A stretch of 63,016 bases of DNA, counting the filler, from Salisapilia sapeloensis CBS 127946 (taxonomy: Eukaryota; Protista; Oomycota): NCBI GenBank assembly GCA_023334545.1. It is 10 parts of 10 records of this genome, joined end to end, with 100 filler letters (N's around TTAATTAATTAA, not from the genome) between each part and the next. Parts side by side here need not be neighbours in the genome. Positions count along the whole stretch, not along the records: positions 11,123 to 19,735 come from JAADVB010000482.1; positions 19,836 to 32,715 come from JAADVB010000403.1; 8 more parts are not named here. One strand, written 5' to 3'. The translations under genes and the position numbers were made by a program. Of this stretch, positions 11,426 to 23,453 are shown piece after piece. The notes below the pieces were generated by a model. It searched no databases. It had not been told where the DNA came from and saw only the letters and a program-made list of their open reading frames with translations. Numbering within the stretch: position 1 is the first letter of the stretch; each line of letters opens with the position of its first letter.

Positions 11426-13025
11426 TTATTTAGCTTTTGACTCTTTAGGTACTTCAATAGTGTCCTTTGGACGCTTTAAAGTTTGAGCAAACGCCAGATT
11501 GAGAACGAGTGCACTTGCGAGAATGATGACCAAGTATGTGGCAAAGCTTTGGTACCCCTTCCCACAAACCATGTACTCGTTGCTCGTAAAACGTAGTTGA
11601 TCGATCGGATAGTTGCAGAGATTGAACTCTTCGTCAAACTCATGCACGCAGAGGTATGGTTTGCGCACGTGCTCTTTACCAACGACAGACATGAAAATTT
11701 CTGTCTCAAGACAATTGCCAAGAGGTTGATGTCGTCCGAGCGATATCACTTCTGCTGGATTTGCAAAGAGGACCAGTCCACTCAAGATAAATGTGTAGAT
11801 GAACACCAACTGATTCACAGCATGATCAATCGTCGGGTACAACCAGTCGCTGTCATAGGCGTCCACTGGCGCCAAAGATCGTTGTACTTTTGAATCATCT
11901 GCAGAAAAGACATAGTAAATGAAACTGCACGACACTCTTGTATATACAACAAAGTACCTCGATCCCGGTCTGCAATCCAGCAAAAGACTAGAGAGCAACT
12001 AAGCAAGACCATCATCCACGCCTACAGCACTTGGTAAGCTATGCGAGTACACATGGTAACTGCATTGGGCTGTAGTACCTGAGGATGGATATGAAGAAGA
12101 TAGACTGGTGTCTCGTATGCCAATACAAGAAGCATAGCTGCTGCCAAAGTCGAGAAAATTGGCTGTATGAAAGTATAGCTCCATTCGCGCTTCTTCCGCT
12201 CTTCTTCATAGTAGTCACTTTGAAACAGAGTGCTAGATCCAGCAACAAAACAATAAGACACATATTCTGCGAGTGGTAGGTAAATACGCACTCATCCAGC
12301 AAGTGATGGATTAACAAGAACGCGTATCCGAAGAAAAAGTGAAGAAAGCACATGTGCAGTGGGACGCCGTATAGGCGTTCATCTACCAGTGGATCTGTGT
12401 CGTGCCATGTCCACCACAAAAATTTAGCTCCAACGACTTCAGTAGGAAATGTGAGCAGTAGGGTCAAGCATGCCATTGCTAGTGGCTGAACCAGTATGTC
12501 AATCCGCAGTCTGGACGTTGCCACAAACGCCCTGTGATCATTACTGTTAGCTTTGAGGTATTCTATTGCATAATATCTAGCGTACGCATAGTAAAGCATG
12601 CTATGCAGAACGGCAAAAAATAGCGGAAGCTGACCGGGTATAAGCATGAACTGCATACAGTGCGTCAGTAAGAGTAACACACATGCAGTTGAATGCAAGA
12701 TCATATATACCAAAGCTTCTGCGTGCCACCGCTTGGCTGATAAAAATACAAGCTCGATGAGTAGCGTTTGCACAAAGCTCGCCACGAGAATGATAGCGTT
12801 CCTTTTTCCCGATGACTGAACATGCAAAGCCGTGACGAACACCATGATGTATGTTATGAGCTCCATGGTTACGAGCGATACATTTTCTTGCAGTAAACCG
12901 AAGAAGGCGCCAGAAACTAGTCTCGATGGCACCTCCCCTGCCATTTCGCCTCGTAATGTCCTGATTTGTGTCTGTCTTTGATAATTGCCTTCTTTTGACT
13001 TTGTTCCAGATAATAACATTCCCAC
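11426..13025 (-). CDS. Multi-pass membrane protein of an uncharacterised conserved family (WWTWHDTDP motif; DUF7802-like), spliced
   Basis: Overlapping hydrophobic ORFs 12039-13025, 12022-12291 and 11426-11998. Motifs KFLWWTWHDTDP...ERLYGVP and YLC..EFDE.F.LC...Y.VCG. Intron borders not fully resolved. Confidence 0.6.
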
Positions 13026-13066
13026 ATACGCTTCGACCCGAGTGCAGACGATCGCAACGTTCTGAT

Positions 13067-13531
13067 ATGTCTTCCACGACCTCTCCTCTCGATGACACAG
13101 ACGTCCATTGGATGCAGAAAGCTATTGAAGAAGCGCACAAGTCTCCTAAGTCAGAATCTGCCTATTGCGTCGGTTGCGTGATTGTCGAGAATGAACATGT
13201 GCTCTCAACTGGGTATTCACGAGAACTACCAGGCAATATTCATGCCGAGCAGGCAGCACTTATGAAAGCCAATTTCAAAGCACGTGGAACAACATTGTAC
13301 ACGACTATGGAGCCTTGTAGTGTTCGTACTTCTGGTAACACTCCGTGCGTACAGAGTTGTCTCAAGGCCGGCGTGGAGCGTGTGGTCATTGGGGCGAGAG
13401 AGCCGAAAAATTTTGTCGAATGTGAAGGTGTTAGGCTACTAAAGGATGCTGGCGTGAACGTGATAGAGTTGCAAGGGCTAGAAGAGGAGTGTCTGGCGCC
13501 AAATCGGCATCTGAACCTGCAGACAGAATAG
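13067..13531 (+). CDS. Cytidine/dCMP-type zinc deaminase, riboflavin-pathway (RibD/Rib2 deaminase domain)-like
   Basis: HAE and PC...C zinc motifs (GYSRELPGNIHAEQAAL; LYTTMEPCSVRTSGNTPC). ATG at 13067. Confidence 0.85.
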   Translation: MSSTTSPLDDTDVHWMQKAIEEAHKSPKSESAYCVGCVIVENEHVLSTGYSRELPGNIHAEQAALMKANFKARGTTLYTTMEPCSVRTSGNTPCVQSCLKAGVERVVIGAREPKNFVECEGVRLLKDAGVNVIELQGLEEECLAPNRHLNLQTE

Positions 13532-14226
13532 CTTAATACGACACTGATATACATCGAATGAGACTTCACGACCACTTGTTCACTTTTGCTAGCGACTCCT
13601 GCTTCGTACAAAGACAGGATTTAGCTCGTGTGCCCAATTATAGCTTAATCAACGTGGAGGTGCTTAGTACATCCATCGATCTATAGCTCCAGGCCATTCC
13701 AAAATCACGAGCAGACGGGAACGATAGTATTCTATCATTCATCTTCCTCGCAATATTATACTTTTATTAAAGTTTGGTATCACTTCTGGTGCTGGATCGA
13801 TTGTAAAGAGAAGCAGCGACCTCGATCTACCTCGGTCGCATTCAAGAGACATAAAGAGATAATATCAATTAAATGCATGTCAAGTTCGCATAAGAGTGCC
13901 CAGGGTCGGATGTGACGTTTAGTTATCAATACATCACCTTTGTGCATGGTTTCTTTGACGACAGAAGCGGTGATCATGGATAGACTGGAGTGCTGTGCCA
14001 GGGACACTAGCTCTGTGCATGATCCAGCAGCAATGACTTTTATGCCGTAAGCGCCAGTAATTGTCAATGTAGCCATTCTCCATCATTTGCTCGATCGCGA
14101 CCTCTAGCGCTTTCCACATAAGACAACGTGAATCTGGTACGGATACGTGTGTCAGATTGTCGTAGAACGTTCATAAACAATTTATTGTTATCAGCACTCT
14201 CGTAGCCATCGATAGGAACAAGATCG

Positions 14227-15578
14227 ATGGGTACGCAGGACGGACAAGGCTCACGCAATCGTCGCTGTAAGGCAGGCACAAAAAGGAAAAAGGAGGAAGA
14301 CGAGAGTGAGATTAACGAGCCTCGTGTTGGTAAGCAATATCAGGCAGACATTCCTCCTCTACTTCCCAAAGGTAATCGCCCACCTCCGGTCGATCGAGGT
14401 GCAAAGCAGCGCTGGGCAGCAGGTCAGCTGAGCGAGTCTAGTCTCCACAATTTTCTCAGCAAAGTCTATCGTCATGAAAAAGAGCAGGTAGACCCTAACT
14501 TCTTTATTCAGGATGATTATTTTACGACATCTCCACACTTTTATCCTGCCGATATCTTTCTAATGGTTCAACTACAGGCCATGAAATGCCTCTACGATTG
14601 CAACTATGACGAGGAAGCTGCAGAACGAGCCATTCTGCAGCTCCGTCGCAGTAAGATTCGATCCAAATTGCAGCTACAATCCCTCTACAGCAATGAGACC
14701 TTTCTCCGGGTTAGCCAGGATCGTATGAAGCGGTACGTAGACCAATGTCAAACCATCCGCGGGCCTTCTAAGCACAGTCACTGGAAGTGCTTTCACGACA
14801 TGACGGTATCGGATGAATGTTATCCACCTCACGTACACATTCTGATGTCTGGAGGCAGAAAGAGTTTGCTCCGGCCACGACGGCGCAGATCATCTCTCGG
14901 TACTATGAGTGGAAGACGACGAACTCTTACGCAGATTTTAAAAAGTGGAGTCTTCTAATGACGATGAGGACGAGACAACGCAAGTTGCGGGTGGCACAAG
15001 TTCAGAATAGTGAAGACCAAGTGCCTGATCTCTTGGGCGACGGTTTCTACGACCTGCACCACAACTACTGCGATGTATGTGGAGAAGTAGGAGGTTCCGT
15101 CACGTGTTGCGACGGATGTGAGAGGTCCTACCATTCTAATTGTATATCCGAGACTTCGGAAGACCAGGATGAAAAGTACTGGTACTGTCCTCCTTGCCAG
15201 CAAACGCTGGACAGACACGTCCGAGAACGCGAGAGCATGGCTGTGCCCGGCTTCGTCGAGTACGAGCTAGTCGATATGCCGGATCTGAAGGATCCGGTAT
15301 TCGAAGACGAGGCGAAGCAACATGACCAATGGTCGTCAGACAGGTACTTTCATGCTGATGGTAGTGTTTATAGTCATAATAAAGTATTAGACACAGTCCC
15401 GAGCCCGAACCTGTGTTTCAAGAAATCGCAAAGAGCGGTGTCTCGGTGCCTACTGTCGACACAACAATTAATAACGACAATATTCACGCTCAGGCTTCTA
15501 CTTCACCCCGTCCAGAGGCACTCCATCGCCGACGAAGCAGAAAGCAAAGTACTCCTCGTCGAGGTCAGTCGGATGTGA
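14227..15578 (+). CDS. ELM2-SANT-PHD chromatin regulator, spliced
   Basis: EPRVGKQYQADIP (ELM2), QIISRYYEWK (end of SANT) and HHNYCDVCGEVGGSVTCCDGCERSYH..C...WYCPPC (PHD), spread over two overlapping ORFs. Confidence 0.8.
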
Positions 15579-15745
15579 AGCTACGATAATGACACGTGCT
15601 AAAATTCTCTTTCTAGATGCAAATACATGAAAATGAGCTTTATATCGATTCGACAAGGTATACGTACTAAAGGTCCTTATCAAAGATAACTCAAGAAAGT
15701 AGTGGACGTATGTGATCAGGTCATTATCGTTTTAAGTTTTAATGA

Positions 15746-16741
15746 TTACAGTTCAACGACGACCTTGCCAATATTCTTCTTGGCGTACATGTGGTCGATA
15801 GCGTCAGCGATCTGCTCAAGACCCTTGAATTTGGTGGGGTCGAGTCCGGCCTTGATCGTGCCGTTCGAAACCTTCTCCACAAGCTTGGTGATGTGCGACG
15901 GGATGTGCTCGGCGTGGTTGAAGAGGATGAAACCACGGATCGAAGCAGACTTCGGGAGCAACTGCATCACGAGTTCCGGCGACTCAATAACGTACTCCGA
16001 CTGGCGCTCGAGGTATCCAGAGATCATACCGAAGGTAATGATACGGCCCTTCTTGGCAACGTTCATGACAGCGTCCTTAAATAGCTTGCCACCGACGGTT
16101 TCAAAGGTGATGTCGACACCGTTCGGGTATTCCTTCTTGAGGACTTCACCAAGGTCTTCCTTGTTGTAGTTGACCACACGGTCACAGCCGATGGACTTAA
16201 GGTACTCGCCCTTCTCGTCAGAGCTGCACGTACCAATGACGTGGTTGCCGGCCTCCTTGGCGAGCTGCACGACGAACTGGCCGGTGCCACCAGCAGCGGC
16301 GGTGACCAGAACCGTTTCATTCGACTTCATTTCACCGATCTGCTCAAGGGCGATCGAGGCAGAGATACCACAGACAGTGATTGGCAGCAGCTTGGCAGAC
16401 GCCTCCGGAGCCTTGATGAGGCTCGCGGCCGGGGCGACCTTGTACTCGGCAAAGGCGCCCATAGACTGGTAGACGACAGCGTCGCCGGCCTTGACGTTCG
16501 TGACACCGGCGCCGACTTCCGTGACGACACCGACGGCCTCAAGACCAATGTCGAACGGCGTCGTGGTGTTGCCATAGCCTCCGTTCACGACGTTAATGTC
16601 CGTGGCGTTGACACCGACGTACTTGTTCTGGATCGTGACGTGGTTCTCAGGCGGCGACGGGATCTCAGCAACTTCAGTAAGTTCAGCGGCCTTGCGGAAG
16701 TCCTTGGATGGTTCGTTGACGGAGAGTTTCTTGAATCCCAT
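15746..16741 (-). CDS. NADP-dependent medium-chain oxidoreductase (prostaglandin reductase 3/ZADH2-like)
   Basis: GVNATDIN, FDIGLEAVG, VLVTAAAGGTGQF and GVDITFETVGG motifs; strong codon bias; intronless. Confidence 0.9.
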   Translation of the reverse strand: MGFKKLSVNEPSKDFRKAAELTEVAEIPSPPENHVTIQNKYVGVNATDINVVNGGYGNTTTPFDIGLEAVGVVTEVGAGVTNVKAGDAVVYQSMGAFAEYKVAPAASLIKAPEASAKLLPITVCGISASIALEQIGEMKSNETVLVTAAAGGTGQFVVQLAKEAGNHVIGTCSSDEKGEYLKSIGCDRVVNYNKEDLGEVLKKEYPNGVDITFETVGGKLFKDAVMNVAKKGRIITFGMISGYLERQSEYVIESPELVMQLLPKSASIRGFILFNHAEHIPSHITKLVEKVSNGTIKAGLDPTKFKGLEQIADAIDHMYAKKNIGKVVVEL

Positions 16742-16775
16742 GGTGTAGTAGTAGTTGTTTCTTGTGTCTTGGACA

Positions 16776-16793
16776 GCAAATTCGAAAATGAGA
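16776..16793 (-). promoter_or_regulatory. Oomycete Inr+FPR core promoter of the oxidoreductase gene
   Basis: Minus strand TCTCATTTTCGAATTTGC is YCATTYY followed by MWTTTNC, about 35-50 nt upstream of the ATG. Confidence 0.65.
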
Positions 16794-17080
16794 TTGGAAA
16801 CCGATCAAATTTAAAAGTGTTGACGCATCATGTGCTCTGGTAGCCGGATGGGGTTAATCAAGATGCATTTTCGATGAGATTTGTTCGCATTATATATTAT
16901 TTAATGCGAATTTCAAGCTAAAGACGACGGTAAATGGTTTGCACGAGTACCTTTCGAAATATAGACCTCTCACAAGTGCATGGCGGTCTCCAAAAACATC
17001 TAAAGGGCGCAAGATCGGAATGTATAACATGAGACAGGCAACCAGCTTGTTTGACGAAAAATGATTTAGTAATCAAAGCT

Positions 17081-17123
17081 GTCGCTACCGGTCGCTACCG
17101 GTCGCTACCAATCACTACCGGTC
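17081..17123. repeat. Short tandem repeat of the 10-mer GTCGCTACCG (about 4 copies, decaying)
   Basis: gtcgctaccg gtcgctaccg gtcgctacca atcactaccg gtc. Confidence 0.85.
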
Positions 17124-18889
17124 ACGACGTCATCTCGCTTAAGCGACGTCCGAGTTATTTGCTATGGAAGTGATGCTCGCACCAGCCAGTTCTATCACTA
17201 GAAGAATGAAACTTTTATACTGGATGTTTATCTCTGTCAAAGTCGGTGACTAGATGAATGGAAACCCAAGAGAAAAGGCCGTGCCATCACGAGCGTCGAG
17301 ATCTTCAATAGGTTTTTCGACGTCAACACTTTTGTGTTCTAGAATGTACTGCGAAGTGATATCCTATTGTTAGGATGCTTGACAAATTAACTTTGTCATG
17401 TTGCTTTATTTGTTGGCTATGTCGAGTCAACCATTAGGAGAGAGAGTTTGTCGAGTACGATAATGGCTGAGTTGGCGGTAGAATCAAAGAGTATTTTGTT
17501 CATTTAATCCAACCTCTAAGTCTAAGTCTCTAGCTTTTGATCGACTCGAGCCTTCTGAATAGTAAGATAAGCTCCGTGAATGCAAATTAGACCAAAAGAA
17601 AATAGTATATCAGTTGTTAGTGCATGTCATGGATAATTGTAATTGGCAAAAGGTAGAAAGTTGGGTAAAGCAAAAAGTTAATGGATGCAAAACCAAATAG
17701 GTTACACTGCACGAACGGAGAAAACGCAATAATCGTTTGTATGGAGGTGTGAAAATCGTCTAGAGTGGAGCTACATTTAAATATTGAGGAACAATGAAGA
17801 GCGAAAATCGGATATACGATACAACATGTTGAAGTTTCAGCTTCAGACAGAAGATCAACAAGGAGCAGAAGCATGTATACTTGCGATGTTAAAACCTGAA
17901 CATAGCCTGCTTTTGACTGACGAGAAAAGCATCTATAACTAGACACCTCCTATCAGCATAGATCGATAATGCATGTTCTTTCATGTGCTTGTCGTCAGCA
18001 CCAAGATCTGCTTAGACGCGGTCACTTTAAGGTTCAATACGTAGATGCTCCACATCCTACTACCACCATGTTGTAGTCACCAAATTTTTTGAATGAGGTG
18101 CAATGAAAAGTGAAGTTAACAGACTTCAAAGCTTCCCGATGGCGACACCACAATCTATGTAGATATCAACAGAGTAGGTGTCATATTAATTGACTACTGC
18201 GTTCAGCACAACTTCTTTTGACTTCCTACGACTTCAAACTCATTTCAAGTCTCTCACACGATCACACAGTGCTCGATCAGACCACAATTCCTAGAACACG
18301 GATACAGCTATCTTCTCACAGTCACATAGGTAAAATGTACAAAGACTTTATTAGAGTAGACGCTGAGTTTTGATGCTGGACTATATCTTAAACTAACGGG
18401 ATATAGCGATGTTGATGGTTTTGTTTATCAGTTGTATTCCCTTAGACGCCAATGATGCATTTATCTGCTAGAGCAGTCAATAGCAAATCCACATAAAGAC
18501 TTTTATGCAGCAAACGCTCCGAAGTGATCATGCACTCTCACTGCTAGTTACATTGGCAAGACTTGTCATCGTGCTATCTTGTCATCTCTTCAACTAATCT
18601 GCATTGACTAAGAAGTGATTTGATGACCAGCATGTTCACCAACGTACCCTTACACAGCGCCGATTGAACGAATACTAAAACAGAGAGCACTAATCTTGGA
18701 ATGATGTACGATGTAGATGCTTATACAAAATGCAATGTAGTCACTTGAATACCTCAGTCGGAATCCTCGAGATCAGTCATACACGATGCGTGAGCATCTT
18801 GCGGCGATGAGTCGCTTCTATTATTGGCATATGCCGTACCTGGATGTACTACTACCTTCTTCACATTTGCATTCTCTCTATATCAAGCC

Positions 18890-19735
18890 ATGTCGCCACA
18901 GCTAACAGCCTCACCAGATCCGGACACTGGACATAGTGGCGATTACTCTAGACCAAATTCATCTCTGTCGCTCACCACTAAAGATAGTACAAAACTACTA
19001 GCAAGTACTGTAGGTTTGCAACCGCGATGGACTATGTATTCAAGCATCCTAGTGTGTTTGCTGCATGCCATTCAAGGAGGATGGGTAAATGGACAAATGA
19101 ACTCATCAACCTTTAATCGAGATGAAGATTGTGCTGCCACGCGCATTGCAGAAGGAACCTGCGTAATGTTTCCTGGTCACACGCAGTTGGAGTGGACCGT
19201 TGGAGTCAATGCATGGCTCGTTGGAGCTTTCATTGGCAGTATCGGTATCGGCAAGTTTGCTTACGGCTATGGAACCAAGAACGTATTATATGGAAACTGC
19301 ATTGTCATGGCTGCTGGGGCCATTGTTCAGGCAAGCGCTTTCAGCATATGGCAGTTCACGGCCGGAAGATTTATCTCTGGTCTTGCCACCGGCATCACCT
19401 CTGGCGTGTCAGCAACCTACCTGTCGGAAATCTCTCCTCCGAACCTTCGAAGTGCCTTTACTACCTCGTTCCAATTCACCGTCAACTTTTTCGTATTCGT
19501 TGTATCTCTCACGTTCTTCTTCGCGGATACGTACACTGGTTGGCGATACATCTCTGCTTTTCCAACATTGCTGGCAGTATTATTCCTTGCACTCGCTCCC
19601 AAGTTCATGGTGAAGAGTCCAGCGTGGCTCTTGTTGCATGATCGATATGATGAAGCGGAGAGAGAGCTCACTCGTCTGTATGGAGCGGAGAACGTGCCGA
19701 CTGCCATGGCGTGGATCGAGTCTCAGCACAACAAA
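18890..19735 (+). CDS. MFS sugar porter (GLUT-like), N-terminal half; truncated by contig end
   Basis: GRFISGLATG, YLSEISPPNLR and PKFMVKSPAWLL sugar-porter motifs; ATG at 18890. Confidence 0.9.
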
Positions 19736-19835
19736 NNNNNNNNNNNNNNNNNNNNNNNNNNNNNNNNNNNNNNNNNNNNTTAATTAATTAANNNNNNNNN
19801 NNNNNNNNNNNNNNNNNNNNNNNNNNNNNNNNNNN
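19736..19835. other. Artificial contig linker
   Basis: Same 100-nt linker. Confidence 0.99.
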
Positions 19836-20304
19836 ACTTGGCAGCTAGTTTGCTAGATAGTCCGATGCAGTCAAAGTCTCCATTCCAAGACACGTAGACG
19901 CCTTCGTTCCGTCCGTTTAGCATGAAGAACACGCTCGAGTCGTCTTTCGGAGGAGACGCCATGGCATCCTTCACATAGATGAAACCGTCTTTAGACAGCA
20001 CTTCCGGCGTGAAGTCAGCCTCGCACTTGAGCTCACTGACAAAGTGTCGTGAAGGCATTTTAACCATATCCGTGGCATATTTATTCGGTAGCTTGTCTTC
20101 TTCTCCAGAAAGAACACGTTGCATCCATTGCTTACCAGTGACTATGATTTCGTTGTCACTGTCGCTCGTGTAGATCCCGCCGGCAATGGCGATGATGACC
20201 ATGAGTAATGAGATCATGACCCAAATGCCATTCCCACGGCCTCCATCCTGCTGCACTTTCTCCACTTGCTTTTCTTTCTTGGGTGATTTCTTTTCCTCCC
20301 CCAT
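19836..20304 (-). CDS. N-terminal part of an oomycete type-II membrane prolyl 4-hydroxylase-family protein; truncated
   Basis: Basic N-terminus, one TM helix, then FFMLNGRNEG.Y..W. The paralogue at 32337+ continues GVRLYSQ...HILLDFQLWQWPGI, which I recognise as the region preceding the catalytic domain in oomycete P4H-like proteins. The catalytic domain is not in the window. Confidence 0.6.
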
Positions 20305-20491
20305 TGCACTCCACTTGGACAACTAGTATACTGGCGCAAGCAGCGGATGGAAGGTTAGACAGCGTCGGATCCGTTTCTATAGCGTAGCTAGTCAGCACTT
20401 CACCTAGATACTGATTGGTATAAAATGCTTTGGATACATGGCACGGAGCCAATCTAAATGCAGATCTTTCTTTTGTCTTGTTTTTATTTTC

Positions 20492-21381
20492 TCAGCCAGA
20501 TAGTTGTTCAAGGAGACCTTGGCGGATGAGCTGCTCGACATCTACGCGTCGAAGGTAGTGCGTTGAGTCCTTGGACAAGTGGACTGCCCCGTTTTCGGTC
20601 ATGACTTCGCCGCAGTCTTGTAGCACACGCACTTGAACGTACAGCTCTTTCGGAGGCTGCGAATCCTATTGGACAAAATGGGTTAGTAGTGTAGACGGAC
20701 ATGGAAGCAAGATACACTTTACAGCAGAGAGGTCGAGGTCGAAACTCGACATGTAGTCGGTCAGTATTTGATCGTACGAATGGAAAAATTGGGTTTCTCG
20801 CTGGCAGAGACTGTATATAGCAGTAAATAGGTATGATTCAGTTCATATGAAGATGTCAAGTCCTACTTTTGTGCCAGTGCAGATGGAATGACCGTTCCTG
20901 TCTCCCATCGTAGCTCTTTGACTTTTTCCAATCGTTCATATCTGCTCAGTGCAAGCGGATTAGTTGTACATTTATTGCAAGCTAGACTAATAATTCTTTA
21001 CAAATAGGCGAGAATGCATCGCTTGTTGCGTAAGAGGCACTGATGGCTGATAATCAGTCCACAATGAGCCGACGGTTGCTGCTCAATTTCTTCTCCATGC
21101 ACTCTACAGCCGACGCATGTCTTTAGCATCGATGCCACGCCTTATCAAAGATTTCACATTACCTCAGTTTTTCCACAATTTGCTCATGCAACCCGCCGAT
21201 CTCGTCCACCAACTCGCGAATAAGCTCTTCCTGCGTATTCATACCACATTTTCAATGTTTAGACATTAAACTGCACTGATATCCACCAAGGAAGTATACA
21301 ACATACATTGTAAGGTGGTAGCCATTCGCTACGCTGCAGTTCTCGCAGCAGCTCCTTGCCTTTGGCGCCTAGCTGAGCCAT
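20492..21381 (-). CDS. PSF1: GINS complex subunit Psf1 (GINS1), multi-exon; absent from the ORF track
   Basis: Hand-spliced protein: [36 protein letters not shown]...[34 protein letters not shown]...[10 protein letters not shown]...[21 protein letters not shown]...[22 protein letters not shown]. All introns GT-AG. Confidence 0.92.
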
Positions 21382-21761
21382 CCTAGCTTTAGGTCTAGTT
21401 TTGGCAGCTTCTAGTCAAAGCGAATGACTTGACTTTTGTATAGTACGGGCAGCGAAAGTGTCCTCTTAAGTCAGTCCATTCTCCACATCTACTTGTATGA
21501 TTAGTATACGTTCTACAGTACGAGTACCACCACTTAGTCATCCGAAGTCTAATGACATCAGTGTTGGTCACGTAGAAGTCAAACAGTATATCGTACAGTA
21601 CATTCAGATAGAAACTACCACTATGTGTATCTCGAGTACAACCTGCATGGCATCTACCTTGCACGACCAAGATGAGCTTTTTTAAAAAGAACCATTCACA
21701 TTCGACTACGTTTTTCACCGCAGACTTTTTTTTTGATTTCAACTACAAAGAGCAAGAAAAA

Positions 21762-23453
21762 CTATTTCGACACTGGCTCCGCTTCCTCCTCCTCGTCTCT
21801 CCCCAAACCGTCCAACTTACTCGCCATGGTCGACTCCATCCGTTCCAATTGCTTCGCCATATCATCAATCTGCTTCGAGTGATTCGTTATAGTGCTCACC
21901 ATCTGCCCTTGTTGGTTCTTTAGCTGCTCTTGTGTATTCGTCGTCTGGGACAAGAGTTGCATCAGTTGACTCTCCATCCCAGCGTCCGTGGATGCGTTCT
22001 CGTCCTTCTTCATCTCCTGACTCGACTGTGACATCATCGACGATGAAGAGGCAGAAGACTGCGTCCGCTGCATATTCGGAGGTCTAGTCGGAGCAGGAGC
22101 TCTAGGCGCAGGCCCAGTCGGTCTTGACGCAGGTCCGTTCGGCGCCTGCTTTGCCCCTCCCTTTCCATTGCTAGAAAAGGATGCAGACGTGTGCGGGCGT
22201 GACCTAGCCTTGTCTGAAGATGACGCGTCAGGTTTAGAAGCTGCAAGGTCCTCTAATTTCTTCTGCAGCCCTTTCACGACGCTCTGGAGCTGTGAAATGA
22301 CATCCACGCACGCGAACTTGGAGCTCGTGTCGAATACTTCGATCGCACCGACCACGTGCCCGTTCTTAAGCGTGAGCGGGATGCCGGCGTAGAAACACGC
22401 CTGGAGCGTATCTCGACGCCAGGGGTTTCCAGCAAACCGGATGTCCGCAGACAAGTCACTGCAGACCAACGGGACACCACTACGCGCGACGTGCGCGGCG
22501 ATACTCCGTTCTTTCGCCACACTTTCGACGTTCGTCAGTCCGTGCTGACCAATGATGTCGTAGTTGTCTGCTCCGAGGATGCCGACAATGCACGTGCCAC
22601 AGGAGGTGGCAATAGCCGCCATCGACGCGAAGCGGACGAAAGAGTTAGTCGCTTTCGAGTCCTTCTTAATCGCCTCTTGGAGCGCAGCCACCGACGTCAT
22701 GCGTTCCTCTTCATTGTCCAGCTTGGCAGCTGAGATGTACCGGTCTGGACTCTTTCGCTTGCCTTGTTGAATGGCGTACGGGATCTCGAAAAAGTCACGA
22801 ACGGGAGCACACGCCTCGTTCATGCAGAGGGGACAGTCTCCTGGCGCTGGGTTCGGTGCCGACGACGATCCGAACGAGTCTCGACGTGACGGTGTCGTCG
22901 AGTGGGAAGAAGATGCTGCGCTGTCTTTACGGGCGCTGCGTTGGCTGGATCCGATTGCGGAAGACACCTTCGATTCGTACGTAAGGTTCGGGACCGAGGA
23001 CGAGGAGCTCGAGTGGTGCGACGTTAGGCGGTCGCTACTCGTGGGGCTAATGCTCGCGCTTCCACCGAGATTAGAAGAACCTTCGATGTCGTCGTTCTGT
23101 ATGACGTCCGAGGCCATGGAATCGAGCTTGCACGAGACGCACATGCGTACGGTGATGGTGCCTTCGTACGGCGCATCGACTTTTCGAGAGATACTGCAGT
23201 TGGAGCAGACGACGGAGCTGCAGCTTCGGCACTGGTAACGGCGGCGTAAGGGGTTAAATGACTTGCCGCACACGGTGCATCGGCGTGTGGAAGACTTGCT
23301 GACGTTCCCGTTGGACCGGGCAGTGGCGCTCTTAGACGCTTCATCTCGCACGGCACCTGACTCACGGAAGGACATATTGCTCGAGGACCGTGAGGAAGCA
23401 CTGCGTTCCGAGCTGCTCTGGTTATAGATGTATTGACGCGGCATGCAGGACAA
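21762..23453 (-). CDS. FYVE-type zinc finger + GAF domain protein with C-terminal coiled coil
   Basis: CTVCGKSFNPLRRRYQCRSCSSVVCSNC...RMCVSC; GAF region DIRFAGNP...FYAGIPLTLKNGHVVGAIEVFD. Confidence 0.85.
   Translation of the reverse strand: MSCMPRQYIYNQSSSERSASSRSSSNMSFRESGAVRDEASKSATARSNGNVSKSSTRRCTVCGKSFNPLRRRYQCRSCSSVVCSNCSISRKVDAPYEGTITVRMCVSCKLDSMASDVIQNDDIEGSSNLGGSASISPTSSDRLTSHHSSSSSSVPNLTYESKVSSAIGSSQRSARKDSAASSSHSTTPSRRDSFGSSSAPNPAPGDCPLCMNEACAPVRDFFEIPYAIQQGKRKSPDRYISAAKLDNEEERMTSVAALQEAIKKDSKATNSFVRFASMAAIATSCGTCIVGILGADNYDIIGQHGLTNVESVAKERSIAAHVARSGVPLVCSDLSADIRFAGNPWRRDTLQACFYAGIPLTLKNGHVVGAIEVFDTSSKFACVDVISQLQSVVKGLQKKLEDLAASKPDASSSDKARSRPHTSASFSSNGKGGAKQAPNGPASRPTGPAPRAPAPTRPPNMQRTQSSASSSSMMSQSSQEMKKDENASTDAGMESQLMQLLSQTTNTQEQLKNQQGQMVSTITNHSKQIDDMAKQLERMESTMASKLDGLGRDEEEEAEPVSK

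Noticed and set aside
13780-14119. Short minus-strand ORFs between the deaminase and ELM2 genes
   Set aside because: No motif, codon bias or consistent splice model.
17600-17950. Faint resemblance to copia reverse transcriptase (LMDAKPNRLHCTNGENAIIVCMEV)
   Set aside because: Too weak; no further RT or integrase motifs and no LTRs.
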